From Thermococcus kodakarensis KOD1 (GTDB lineage Archaea; Methanobacteriota_B; Thermococci; Thermococcales; Thermococcaceae), in NCBI RefSeq assembly GCF_000009965.1, contig NC_006624.1, forward strand, positions 1,710,001-1,742,000: 32,000 nt of DNA, given 5' to 3'. The notes beneath the pieces are model-generated. The model was not told the DNA's origin and searched no databases. It saw only the letters and a program-made list of their open reading frames with translations. Position numbers and translations under genes: made by a program. Of this stretch, positions 15,226 to 24,461 are shown piece after piece. Position 1 is the stretch's first letter, and each line of letters begins with the position of its first letter.

Positions 15226-15977
15226 CGCATCTCGTTCCACTTAGGATTTCTATACTTCTCTTCTATCAGCTTTTCCGCTAGCTCAAGCTCGTAGTCTGTC
15301 AGCTCGCCCTCCTCAAGCTCAAAGGCGTTGGAGAAGCTCTCCTTCAGCAGTTCGTAGGCTTCCCAGCGGCTCAGCTTTACTCCCTCGCGTTCAAGGGTTG
15401 TAACCCGCTCCCAGATGCTCGAAATACCTTTGTCCTTCAGCTTCTCCTTTGAGACGCGGAGAACCCTTCCCAGAATCTCGACCCTCGTTGCATACATAAA
15501 GGTGCCGTGCTGGAGGATTACTCCCCGTCTCCTCGTCTGGGCCGAGCCGCTTATCTTCTTCCCGTTGGCAACTATGTCGTTCAGTCCTGAGAAGCCCGCT
15601 TTAAGGCCGAGGTCTTTCAGGGCATCCACGAGCGGGCCCGCTAGGTAGCGGTAGCTCTCTTCGACGTTCTTAAGGGCAGGATGGTAGTCTTCCCCGATGA
15701 CAATTGAATAAGTTATCTCGCCGTACTCGTCGTGGAAGACGCTTCCGCCGCCAGTTATCCTCCTCACGACCGGAATACGGAGCTTTTTTGCCTCATCGAG
15801 ATTAACATCGTGGACTACGCTCTGGAACCTGCCGATTGTAACTGAGCTGGGGGAGAAGGCGTAGAGCCTCACAGTGTCCGGGACTTTCCCCTCGATTCTC
15901 GCTCTCATTATGGCCTCGTCTATGGCCATCTGAACTTCGGGCCTGGCCACTATGAGCGGAATGAAGCGCATCGTCAT
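15222..15977 (-). CDS. Lipoate-protein ligase A family, catalytic (BPL/LPL) domain protein
   Basis: Motifs RRITGGGSVFHD and GKKISGSAQ are typical of the LplA catalytic domain. The ORF-track TTG start (16097) adds 40 unconserved residues that overlap the repeat region. ATG 15977 (MTMRFIPL...) is preferred. The ~250 aa size suggests a stand-alone N-domain subunit. Confidence 0.8.
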   Translation of the reverse strand: MTMRFIPLIVARPEVQMAIDEAIMRARIEGKVPDTVRLYAFSPSSVTIGRFQSVVHDVNLDEAKKLRIPVVRRITGGGSVFHDEYGEITYSIVIGEDYHPALKNVEESYRYLAGPLVDALKDLGLKAGFSGLNDIVANGKKISGSAQTRRRGVILQHGTFMYATRVEILGRVLRVSKEKLKDKGISSIWERVTTLEREGVKLSRWEAYELLKESFSNAFELEEGELTDYELELAEKLIEEKYRNPKWNEMR

Positions 15978-16080
15978 TTTAACCACCACCGTTAAAAACT
16001 CCGGAGGGCTTTTAAGTCCAGCGATGATGACGCCCAAGCCCTCCTGACGGGTGATGAGAGCGGTCACCACTGAGCGGATG

Positions 16081-17177
16081 GAAACTTTGCCCCTCAAGTT
16101 TTTTCAAAACCTGGTCAAGATTTACCCTTCTTTTTGAACTTGCCTGTTAAGAGGTGTATGCCTGCTCAGAAGGCAACTTTGTGCGGATTTGCTCTCAAAT
16201 CTCTCGTTAATTGTGATTTCACCTTTCTTTTTAGCGCTCGAAGAGCGCTATACTGTGGGGAAATCCCATGCGATTGGCAAATTGATAAGTAAACCTCTCA
16301 TAAAATTTAGCCTGTTTCAAAAGCATACTATCCTTCCGCCATCCGTTAAGGACGCTTGAACGCTAGTGAAAGCGGCGCTGAAACTTTTAGAAAAAGCTTC
16401 ACCAAAGTTCGTGGTTCCTATTTAACGGGTCGTTTTGGGCGGATTTTCCTTTTGAACGCTGTCTTGAGTCGTGAATTCTATTTTTAATTCGCTTGTTTTT
16501 CTTGAGTTTGCTTTTTAATTGACGCCCGTAGGGCGTCAAGGCGAGAAAACTCCTTTTCATCAGGCTGAAACTTAGGGGAATTCACTGATGTCTGGCTTGT
16601 GTATCTTGAAAATCCTCAGTAAACAGCAATTTTAGAAAAGAACCACGAACCTTGATCAAACTTCGCAAGGAAGCTTTTGGAAAAAGCTTCACCAAAAGCT
16701 CGAATGTCTTCTTGATGTTGGCTTGATGCGATTAGATTCTCTTGGTAGAGGGGCAGAGTAATGCGGGTTTTCTTATTTTTAACGCCTTTCGGGCGTTATA
16801 CTGTGAGTAAACCCCCTTGAAACCGCTAGTTGAGCATTGAGAATCACTGGAAAACAGGAAGCTCAAAAGGACATTCCATCTTTGATGAAACTTTGCCCTT
16901 CAAGCTTTTGGAAAAAGCTTGAGCAAAAGTTGCTCTTCTTCTCGAACTTTGCTTATTGAGGAGTGTATGCTCCACTATAAAGCGAGTTTGAGTGGGTTTA
17001 ACTCCAAAATCCCCCAGCTGATTGTGATTTTGGCTTTCTTTTTAGTGCCCTTCGGGCACTATACGGTGATAAAATCCTTTTGAATCTAGCAACTCGGTAA
17101 GTAAACCCACTCAAAGGCTAGCTCTTTAAAAACGCATACTAACTTTCCGCCAGCGCTTTCGTAAGAAAGGGCTGTTG
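16081..17177. repeat. Array of four tandem degenerate ~230-300 bp repeat units ending at the 3' end of tRNA-Pro
   Basis: Unit anchors (G/C)AAACTT lie at 16081, 16380, 16657 and 16887. Units contain a palindrome AAGCTTTTGGAAAAAGCTT (exact at 16671..16689 and 16902..16920, degenerate in the other two units) and a T-run plus GC hairpin plus TATAC(T/G)GTG. Hairpins are at 16232..16250, 16521..16537, 16781..16797 and 17043..17061. There is no ORF of 60 aa or more in 16098..17085. Confidence 0.85.
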
Positions 17178-17255
<78 letters not shown>

Positions 17256-17283
17256 ACTTCCCGATGATACCGCACCAAAAGGA

Positions 17284-17295
17284 CTTATAAAGTTT
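17284..17295 (-). promoter_or_regulatory. BRE/TATA promoter of tRNA-Pro
   Basis: The minus strand reads AAACTTTATAAG ~29 nt upstream of the tRNA 5' end. Confidence 0.6.
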
Positions 17296-17328
17296 ACGGA
17301 CTATCAAGACAAAGCGGGGTGCTGAAAA

Positions 17329-18387
17329 GTGAAAATCAGCGTTGTAATCCCAACGTACAATGAAAGGGAGAATCTGCCCGAACTTGTTGAGAGGCTCTCG
17401 CGGGCGCTTCAGGGTTATGAGTACGAGATTGTGATAGTTGACGATGATTCACCTGATAAGACGTGGGGGCTCGCGGAGGAGCTGGCAAGGAAGTACCCCA
17501 TTAAGGTCATCAGGAGGACGAAAGAAAAGGGGCTTTCCTCGGCTGTAATCCGTGGGTTTAAGGAGGCCTCTGGTGATGTATTCGTTGTGATGGACGCGGA
17601 CCTTCAGCATCCCCCCGAGAAGGTTCCCGAGCTCATCGAGGCGATAAAACGCGGTGCAGACATCGCTATAGCCAGCAGGTACGTCCCAGGCGGCGCCGTT
17701 AAGAACTGGTACTGGTACAGGAAGCTGATATCCAAAGGGGCCATCATGATAGGCCGCGTTGCCCTTCCCAGAATCAGGAACGTAAAGGATCCTGTAAGTG
17801 GCTTCTTCGCCCTCAGAAGGGAGGTCGTTGAAGGCGTTGAGCTTAATCCTGTGGGCTTTAAGATTCTCATGGAGATACTGGTTAAGGGACACTACAATAA
17901 CGTCAGGGAAGTTCCTTTCACATTCGGGCTGAGAAAAGCCGGAGAAAGCAAGCTCGGAAGCAGGACTATTGTAAACTATCTCAGACACATCTACAGGCTT
18001 ATGAGGTGGGAGGGGGAAATAGACAGGCTAGTGAAGTTCTCCCTGGTTGGTCTCTCTGGTGTCCTCGTAAACGAAGGTTTCCTCTGGGCGTTTGTGGAGT
18101 TTTTTGGATGGGACAAGGTGTTCTCCAACATCCTGGCAACTGAGCTCGCCATACTCAACAACTTCACGTGGAATGACATCTGGACTTTTAGGGATCTGAA
18201 GAACAAACCTCTCCTGAAGAGGCTGGTAAGCTTTCACGTTGCGGCTTTGAGCGGTGCCCTTGTCCAGTGGGCGATCTACGTTATCCTTATGGCAGTTGGA
18301 GTGCACTACCTTCTCGCGAATCTGATTGGAATAGTTGTGTCTTTCATCGTGCGCTTTGCGGTTAACAGGCACGTAACCTGGGGCTGA
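17329..18387 (+). CDS. Dolichol-phosphate mannose synthase-type GT2 glycosyltransferase with C-terminal GtrA-like 4-TM domain
   Basis: GTG start. N-terminal ISVVIPTYNERENL, VDDDSPD and DADLQHPP (DxD) are GT-A family 2 motifs. The C-terminal four hydrophobic helices end ...RFAVNRHVTWG (GtrA-like). Size and architecture (352 aa) match archaeal DPMS. Confidence 0.85.
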   Translation: MKISVVIPTYNERENLPELVERLSRALQGYEYEIVIVDDDSPDKTWGLAEELARKYPIKVIRRTKEKGLSSAVIRGFKEASGDVFVVMDADLQHPPEKVPELIEAIKRGADIAIASRYVPGGAVKNWYWYRKLISKGAIMIGRVALPRIRNVKDPVSGFFALRREVVEGVELNPVGFKILMEILVKGHYNNVREVPFTFGLRKAGESKLGSRTIVNYLRHIYRLMRWEGEIDRLVKFSLVGLSGVLVNEGFLWAFVEFFGWDKVFSNILATELAILNNFTWNDIWTFRDLKNKPLLKRLVSFHVAALSGALVQWAIYVILMAVGVHYLLANLIGIVVSFIVRFAVNRHVTWG

Positions 18388-18438
18388 GCAACGGTGGGTT
18401 TAAATAGAGAACAATGGAAAATATCTAGGGGCGAGCGA

Positions 18439-19152
18439 ATGTACGTTGGAGAACTTTTGAAGAATCTCGACAGGATACCCAGTGGAGTTCCGGGGCTCGA
18501 TGAGCTGATAGGCGGCGGTTTTCTTCCGGGCAGGGTTTACGTCGTGACAGGGCCGCCTGGAAGCGGAAAGACCACGCTGGGGATGCAGTTTCTTGCGGAG
18601 GGCGCCAAGAACGACGAGAAAGGTCTCTTCATAGCACTTTTTGAAACGCCGGATATTATCGTTAGGGATATGCTCAGGTACAACCTTGGGATTCTCGAGT
18701 ACGTCAACTCAAAGAAGATAGTCTTTTACGACCTCGGTGAAATTCTTCTTAGTGCAAACCGTGAGCTGAGCTGGGACGAGCTCTTCAAGCTCCTCCTGGA
18801 AATTATCAAGAGAGAAAACGCCAAAAGGGTTGTCATAGACTCATTCAGCCTCTTCGAGTCATTCGTCACCAACCCTGAGGGAAAGAAGAAAGAGCTGGGC
18901 CGCTTCGTTAGAAAGCTCCGCACCATGGACATAACGACGCTCCTCCTCTCCGAAATGCTGAGCTCCGAAAAGTACACCGACGAGTACTACCTCGCTGATG
19001 GCGTCATCGTGCTCCACCACTTCATGCGCAACTACCAGATGGTCAGGGCGATCCAGATACTCAAGATGAGGGGCGTGCCCCACGACAGCAACCTCAAGAG
19101 GATGCGCTTCACGAACGAGGGTATAACCGTCTACAAGGAGGCCCCAATATGA
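18439..19152 (+). CDS. KaiC-like RecA-superfamily ATPase (single domain)
   Basis: GVPGLDELIGGGFLPGRVYVVTGPPGSGKTTLGMQFL (Walker A), Walker B-like RVVIDSFS and the C-terminal ...ILKMRGVPHD pattern are typical of archaeal KaiC/COG0467 proteins. ATG 18439 with an AGGGG SD is preferred to the ORF-track GTG 18394. Confidence 0.8.
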   Translation: MYVGELLKNLDRIPSGVPGLDELIGGGFLPGRVYVVTGPPGSGKTTLGMQFLAEGAKNDEKGLFIALFETPDIIVRDMLRYNLGILEYVNSKKIVFYDLGEILLSANRELSWDELFKLLLEIIKRENAKRVVIDSFSLFESFVTNPEGKKKELGRFVRKLRTMDITTLLLSEMLSSEKYTDEYYLADGVIVLHHFMRNYQMVRAIQILKMRGVPHDSNLKRMRFTNEGITVYKEAPI

Positions 19153-19592
19153 CTGACAAGAAGAAGCTTGTTAAGGAAGCTTACAGCTTTGGTTACTTCC
19201 TTGGCTTGAAGGGGCATAGCGAATGGGTGGAATGGGTGAGAAAAAAGCGCGAGGAGCTCTACAAGCAGGCAGAGGAGCTCGGAATATATGACTTAGTTAA
19301 GGAGGCCTATAAAAAGGGCAAGGAGCAGGGCCTTCGTGACAGGTCGGAGATGATAGCGAAGAACCTTATAGTTGCTGGAAAAATTGAGCCTGAGGGGACA
19401 TCTAAAAAGGTTGAGGTGGCCTTTTCCCCGGAAGAAAGCAGGGAGGAAGTCCTAGAGTCTGGAAAATCCCTGGAGCGGGAGTACTTTGAATTCCTCCAGA
19501 CCACCAATCTGATGCTCCCGCCGGAGCTCCTTGATTCGGTGAAAGCTCTTGAGCCGCCAAAGATGCTCCGGCTTAGGGGCAGTGAGGGATAA
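19149..19592 (+). CDS. Hypothetical small charged protein, translationally coupled partner of the KaiC-like ATPase
   Basis: The ATG overlaps the upstream TGA (ATGA). 147 aa, helical/charged, with an internal repeat VKEAYSFGYFLGLKG / VKEAYKKGKEQGLRD. No family recognised. Confidence 0.6.
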   Translation: MTDKKKLVKEAYSFGYFLGLKGHSEWVEWVRKKREELYKQAEELGIYDLVKEAYKKGKEQGLRDRSEMIAKNLIVAGKIEPEGTSKKVEVAFSPEESREEVLESGKSLEREYFEFLQTTNLMLPPELLDSVKALEPPKMLRLRGSEG

Positions 19593-19634
19593 CTTTTTTG
19601 TGTCCCCTTTCAATTAATCCCCTGGTGAAACCCT

Positions 19635-21320
19635 ATGGAGCGCTTCCTGCGGGATAGTGCCGAATTTAGCTCAGACAACGTTCTGAACTGGATAGCCGGG
19701 ATTTCGCACTTCCACAGGATACAGGGGTCAAAAGGCCTTGTCGAGGCCGCCGAATACGTTCTCGAAGAGCTGTCCCGCATGGGTCTTGAGGCAAAGCTTC
19801 TCAAGGATAAATACGACGGCAAACGCTGGCATCTAACGCTTCCGTCTCCAATAGCATGGGAAGTTATTGATGGGCGTCTTGAAGTTCCTGGAAGAACACT
19901 CACAACAGCGGAAAGTCCGCTCCTCGTGATGGCCCACTCCCCTTCTGGGGAGGTCGATGGGGAGGTACTTCCGATTCTGAGGCAAGAAGACTGGGAGAGG
20001 GCAGAGGGGAAGGTTGTCCTCGTCGGAAAAGACTGGAGAGATGCCTATAGGAGGGCTAACGAGGTTGGAGCTTCGGGCTTCATAGCTTACAGGGAAGGAA
20101 CTGGTGAGTTCTACCCGTACATAGGCCTGTTCCTGACTAAGGAAGACCTAAACTGGGCGCAAATTCCCGCCTTTGCCGTCCCGGAGGCTGTTGCTAAAGG
20201 CCTGATTAGGAGGGCGCTTTCGGGAGGCGTTGAAGTTAGGGGTACGGCCGAGACGGAGATAAAAAGTTCGGAGACTCTCCCGATGGTCTACGCCGAAGTT
20301 GGCGAACCTCCGTATCTGCTCTTCACGGCGCACATATGCCATCCAAAGCCGGGGGCAAACGACAACGCCAGCGGTAACGCGATGCTCCTTGAGCTGGCTA
20401 GGGTTCTATCAAAGAGGGAAAACGGCAGGTTTGGCTACGCCTTCCTCTGGGTTCCTGAATACCACGGGAGCCAGGCGTTCATTGAAAGGGCGGGTGTTGA
20501 AGAGTATTACGCAGGCATAAACCTCGACATGGTCGCGGGTAGTCCCGACCGCTCAGAATCAACTCTGATGTTCGTGAGGACACCGTTCTCACGCTTCTCG
20601 GTGGTTTCTGGAGCGCTGGAGGTCGCCATTGAGCTGAGCAACTCGAGAGGCAAGAGCTTCTCGGGAAGCAGACTTCCCGTGATGCCCTTCAGGGCATACC
20701 CGTACGAGATGGGGAGCGACCATGACATCTTCAACTTCTTCGGTGTCCCATCCGTCATGCCGATAACCTGGCCTGACAGGTTCTACCACTCAAGCGGTGA
20801 TACGATAGACAAGGTGAGCAGGGAGACTGTGGCCATAGTCGAGAGGGCCGTTCTTTCGGCGGCTCTGTTCCTGTCAGAGGAGGAAAAGCGCAGGATTGAG
20901 CAATTTGCGAGGGGCTACGCTAGAAAAGTTCTTGGGGAAATCGGAATGCGCCTTGAACCTAAGGAGAGCGAGAAGCTCGTAAAGGCCGGCCTCGCTAGAG
21001 ATGCGGAGTTCCTTGGGCTGGAGCTTAACTTGGAGGTAGAGACCAAGGCAAAACCCTGGCTGGAGTGGAAAGAGAGGGGATTGATATCCGAGCGCTTAAT
21101 CAGGAGCAGAGCACCCGGTCTGGCTGAGGACTTTAAGAAGCTGACCGAGGAAAGGGCAACGGTGACGCACCTCCACGAGCTTATAATGCTCGGTGAACTC
21201 CTTTCAGAGGGGAATGCCTATCGGGCCATCGAAGAAGAGTACGGAAGCATCGAGAGGGAGAAACTGAAGAGGCTGGTCGAAATACTTGAAGAAGTGGGCG
21301 TTGTTGCCCTCAGTTCTTAG
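19635..21320 (+). CDS. M28-family/aminopeptidase-like metallopeptidase domain protein with C-terminal extension
   Basis: 561 aa. HICHPKPGANDNASG and later metal-ligand-like motifs (EYHGSQ, GSDHDIF, YHSSGD) are typical of M28-like aminopeptidase-domain proteins. The C-terminal ~150 aa are helical. Family call is moderate. Confidence 0.6.
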   Translation: MERFLRDSAEFSSDNVLNWIAGISHFHRIQGSKGLVEAAEYVLEELSRMGLEAKLLKDKYDGKRWHLTLPSPIAWEVIDGRLEVPGRTLTTAESPLLVMAHSPSGEVDGEVLPILRQEDWERAEGKVVLVGKDWRDAYRRANEVGASGFIAYREGTGEFYPYIGLFLTKEDLNWAQIPAFAVPEAVAKGLIRRALSGGVEVRGTAETEIKSSETLPMVYAEVGEPPYLLFTAHICHPKPGANDNASGNAMLLELARVLSKRENGRFGYAFLWVPEYHGSQAFIERAGVEEYYAGINLDMVAGSPDRSESTLMFVRTPFSRFSVVSGALEVAIELSNSRGKSFSGSRLPVMPFRAYPYEMGSDHDIFNFFGVPSVMPITWPDRFYHSSGDTIDKVSRETVAIVERAVLSAALFLSEEEKRRIEQFARGYARKVLGEIGMRLEPKESEKLVKAGLARDAEFLGLELNLEVETKAKPWLEWKERGLISERLIRSRAPGLAEDFKKLTEERATVTHLHELIMLGELLSEGNAYRAIEEEYGSIEREKLKRLVEILEEVGVVALSS

Positions 21321-21645
21321 CCTCCCTAAGCTCCATCTCAATTTCGTTTATTTTTTCGAGGATGTTCTGCTTTATCCTCGCGAGAAGCTCATGGGGAGAG
21401 ACGGCGGTGTAGGTGTACCCGAGCCATCCCTGCTGTATAAGCTCTCTCCGGAGCATTCCCTTCCTGTAGAGGCTCAAAACGTGCTCTCTAACTGAACGCT
21501 CGCTTATTCCAAGTTCGTTGACTATCTCGGTTACTCTCATCGGGCGCTTTTTCTCCAGGAGGAGCCTGTATATCCTGAGCTCGGTTTTCTTCACTCCCAG
21601 CGACTTAAGCAGTGCTTCGAGCCTCTCGTAGACGTCGCCCATCAC
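21310..21645 (-). CDS. Winged-helix transcriptional regulator (TrmB/MarR-like)
   Basis: 111 aa. The HTH is RVTEIVNELGISERSVREHVLSLYRKGMLRR, followed by a wing. Convergent 11-nt overlap with the peptidase gene. Confidence 0.7.
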   Translation of the reverse strand: MMGDVYERLEALLKSLGVKKTELRIYRLLLEKKRPMRVTEIVNELGISERSVREHVLSLYRKGMLRRELIQQGWLGYTYTAVSPHELLARIKQNILEKINEIEMELREAKN

Positions 21646-21696
21646 ACTTCACCCAACCTGATCTCTCACACCTATGAAGAGGTATCTTCATACCCC

Positions 21697-22347
21697 TTAA
21701 TAAACCTTTACCTTTCTAACGTAAACGCCTTCGGGAAGGAATATCTCTACCTCAGAAACATCTTTTAGGAACGGAACTAACTTCAGACCTTCCCGTATGT
21801 CAAAACCCTCTATGTACGGGTTGATGGTCGGCAGGACGAGGAATTTTTCGGCTCTGACAAAGACTTTGACCTTTTTCGCAACTCCTCCGCTCTTGAATGT
21901 GTATGCGGGATGAGCGTGACCGAGGAAGACTTCCCGGAACTCTCCTTTCGGCAATTTTGTATGGCCGTGGAGGAAGAGTTTTTGGTCGAGAATAAATTTC
22001 TCAACAACGGAAACGTTTTCGAACTTTCTGGCTATCTCTTCGATTCTGCCGTCGTGGTTGCCCTTGGTGATTACGACTTCGGTGTCCTTTAGTGGGGAGA
22101 AGAACCTTAGGAGCATCTCTTTAAGTCTGAAGCTTAGGCCCAGGGGTTCTTTGAGGTCTCCCAGGATTATGAGGAGGTTAGGGTTACTCTCCAGTACGAA
22201 CTGGGCCAGAACTTCCTCAAAATCAGTCCTGATGCGGAGTCCCCTCGAAAGCTCGAAGCCGATGTGGGGGTCGGCAAAAACGAGGGCCTTCCCGCGGGAG
22301 GTCTCAAGCTCAAGGGAAAGAAGTTGAAGTTCGGAAAAAAGAGACAT
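21697..22347 (-). CDS. Calcineurin-like metallophosphoesterase
   Basis: Ordered motifs FADPHIG, LGDLKE, GNHD, HGH and GHAHP. Confidence 0.8.
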   Translation of the reverse strand: MSLFSELQLLSLELETSRGKALVFADPHIGFELSRGLRIRTDFEEVLAQFVLESNPNLLIILGDLKEPLGLSFRLKEMLLRFFSPLKDTEVVITKGNHDGRIEEIARKFENVSVVEKFILDQKLFLHGHTKLPKGEFREVFLGHAHPAYTFKSGGVAKKVKVFVRAEKFLVLPTINPYIEGFDIREGLKLVPFLKDVSEVEIFLPEGVYVRKVKVY

Positions 22348-22362
22348 AGAACCACCGGAGCG

Positions 22363-22476
22363 TCAGATAAGTCCGCGCTCCTTCCTGCGCTGCCTCTTGA
22401 GCCTCCTAATCCTCTTCTTGATCCACTTCCACCTCATCCTTCCCTTCTTCTTCCACTTCCTCGGGCGCCTCTTCAT
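22363..22476 (-). CDS. rpl41e: 50S ribosomal protein L41e (37 aa)
   Basis: [40 protein letters not shown] 22476 is preceded by a GGAGGTGA SD. A BRE/TATA-like AAAACCTTAAAAAC (minus strand, 22517..22530) lies inside the longer 76-aa ORF call, whose N-terminal half is therefore probably not translated. Confidence 0.85.
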
Positions 22477-22837
22477 GATCGTCACCTCCTTTTCCTGAGC
22501 CGACCTCTGGTGGAGAGTTTTTAAGGTTTTCCTTTTTGGCCTGCGGGAGTTTGCATACCTAGAAGAGCTGTTAGGTGGTCTCTTTTGAGACATAGGTGCG
22601 TTTTAGTGGCCGTTTTCGTCGGGTATGCTGACAGCGTTTTTACAAGTGTTATTGATGTTTATGGAGTTTAAATTCCCTGAAAAGCTTGATGCGTTGTGAA
22701 AACTAACGCATTATCTTTGAAAATATCTAAAGGCTGAGAAAAAACAATTTTAATGCCTAAAAAGTCTGTAATATTTTAAAAGCCCGAACCCATCAGGTTT
22801 ATCAACTTTGGGACGTTATAGTGAGTTAGGTGATACT

Positions 22838-23632
22838 ATGAAGGTCGCCTACGTTCAGATGGAGCCGGTTTTTCTTGATCCCGAGGCCAACTACTCCAGG
22901 GCTGAGAAGCTGATACGGGAAGCCGCTGATCAGGGCGCCAAGCTCGTGGTTCTGCCAGAGCTGTTTGACACAGGCTACAACTTCAGGAGCAGGGAAGAAG
23001 TCGAAGAGGTAGCGGGCCAGATACCCGACGGCCCGACGACTGAGTTTCTGGTTGAACTCGCGAAAGAGCTTGAGGTGTTCATAGTTGCTGGAACGGCCGA
23101 GAAGGACGAGAAGGGCAACCTATACAACTCCGCCGTGCTTGTCGGCCCGGTTGGCTGGGGCTACATAGGGAAGTACCGGAAGATACATCTCTTCAACAGG
23201 GAGAAGCTCTTCTTCAGGCCCGGAAACCTCGGCTTCCACGTCTTCAACATCGGGATAGCGAAGGTCGGCGTGATGATATGCTTCGACTGGTTCTTCCCCG
23301 AGAGCGCGAGAACGCTCGCCCTCAAAGGTGCTGACGTCATAGCACACCCGAGCAACCTCGTGATGCCCTACGCCCCGAGGGCCATGCCGATAAGGGCCCT
23401 TGAGAACAGGGTCTACACGATAACGGCCAACAGGATTGGGGAGGAGTTTGGGCTGAGGTTCATAGGAAAGAGCACAATAGCCTCGCCGAGGGCGGAAGTC
23501 CTTGCAATGGGAAGTGAGGATAAAGAGGAAGTCGGGGTAGTAGAGATAGACCTATCGCTGGCGAGGGACAAGAGAATAAACGAAATGAACGACATCTTCA
23601 AGGACAGGAGACCGCAGTACTACACATTGTAA
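22838..23632 (+). CDS. Carbon-nitrogen hydrolase (nitrilase superfamily)
   Basis: MKVAYVQMEP... Catalytic-triad context motifs are VVLPELF (Glu), YRKIHLF (Lys) and VMICFDWFFPE (Cys). ATG 22838 with an AGGTGA SD is preferred to the ORF-track upstream start. Confidence 0.88.
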   Translation: MKVAYVQMEPVFLDPEANYSRAEKLIREAADQGAKLVVLPELFDTGYNFRSREEVEEVAGQIPDGPTTEFLVELAKELEVFIVAGTAEKDEKGNLYNSAVLVGPVGWGYIGKYRKIHLFNREKLFFRPGNLGFHVFNIGIAKVGVMICFDWFFPESARTLALKGADVIAHPSNLVMPYAPRAMPIRALENRVYTITANRIGEEFGLRFIGKSTIASPRAEVLAMGSEDKEEVGVVEIDLSLARDKRINEMNDIFKDRRPQYYTL

Positions 23633-24411
23633 TCCTCAAGAATTTTCCCCGCTATTTCCTTTCTCGGCTTTCTGAAGAGCAGGATGTCCCCAACTTTTTT
23701 CTCGTGTTCCTCCTGAGTGATCAATTCAGCTTCCTTGAAGAAAACACTGCCAATGGCAAGCTGAGTGGCCAAGTCCCAGTAATGAAAGTCAACGTCGCTT
23801 ATCTTTTTGAATCCAGGAAGGATGTAGTAGCCCCTCTTAAAAGTCCCCCTCACGAAGTCGTAGCCCTCGTGCATCGAGGCTATGGTGTAGTTCTCCCTCC
23901 GCCCTTCGATGAGGAACTTTTTGTATCCAGCGCGGTAGAGAATCCAGTAGACCCTGTCCATGTCCTCTATGATGAAAACGCCCTCACCACTCAGGATGGA
24001 CGCAACGTTTGCGAAGAGCCTCACGGCATCAAAGGGATCGAAGTGCGGCATCGTGTAGCCCCAGAGGACCGCAACGTCGTGCTCGCCCACGAGCTTCGCT
24101 ACCTCTCTCGCATCACCCTGGACGAGATTGAGTTCGGGGTTTATATCAGCGATTTTGAGCCACTCCTTAGCGAGCTCAAGGTCGTCTTTCCTGGCGTCGA
24201 GGACCGTTAGGAGCTTTGCACCTGTTGCTTTTGCAAGGGCAACGCCTGCCACTCCAGTTCCAGCGCAGATGTCCAGGACTCTGCCTCCCTTTGGGAGTTT
24301 ATCAGAGACTGACTCAAAAAACTCCCTTATTCTCTCAAACCTCTCCCGTGCCCTCTCGTCTGCCGGATTCATCCGCCAGTTTAGGTACCGATAGAGCTCC
24401 TCGAGGGACAT
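23620..24411 (-). CDS. Class I SAM-dependent methyltransferase
   Basis: Motif I is VLDICAGTGVAGVALA; motif II-like is LDARKDDLE. 263 aa. Convergent 13-nt overlap with the nitrilase gene. Confidence 0.75.
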   Translation of the reverse strand: MSLEELYRYLNWRMNPADERARERFERIREFFESVSDKLPKGGRVLDICAGTGVAGVALAKATGAKLLTVLDARKDDLELAKEWLKIADINPELNLVQGDAREVAKLVGEHDVAVLWGYTMPHFDPFDAVRLFANVASILSGEGVFIIEDMDRVYWILYRAGYKKFLIEGRRENYTIASMHEGYDFVRGTFKRGYYILPGFKKISDVDFHYWDLATQLAIGSVFFKEAELITQEEHEKKVGDILLFRKPRKEIAGKILEDYNV

Positions 24412-24461
24412 GACATCACCACATAAGAGAGTGGGTGAAATAATTTAAGCCTGTCGAAAGG

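Noticed and set aside
15978-16097. N-terminal 40-codon extension of the lipoate ligase ORF (TTG start at 16097)
   Set aside because: The extension is not LplA-like and runs into the first repeat unit. An ATG (15977) sits just before the conserved catalytic-domain sequence.
16879-16960. TGATGA (box C-like) in the repeat anchor TCTTTGATGAAACTTTGCCC, suggesting a C/D box sRNA
   Set aside because: No CTGA box D/D' or second C' box occurs at the ~12-nt guide spacings required, in this copy or in the one at 13081.
16081-17177. Possibility that the repeat array is a CRISPR locus
   Set aside because: The units are ~230-300 bp and only ~70% similar. There is no 24-40 nt exactly repeated sequence with unique spacers, and no leader/cas context in the window.
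22689-22711. 7-bp inverted repeat ATGCGTT-N9-AACGCAT in the L41e/nitrilase intergenic region
   Set aside because: It is short enough to occur by chance. It lies >120 nt from either start codon and is not obviously positioned relative to a TATA box, so no supporting evidence was found.
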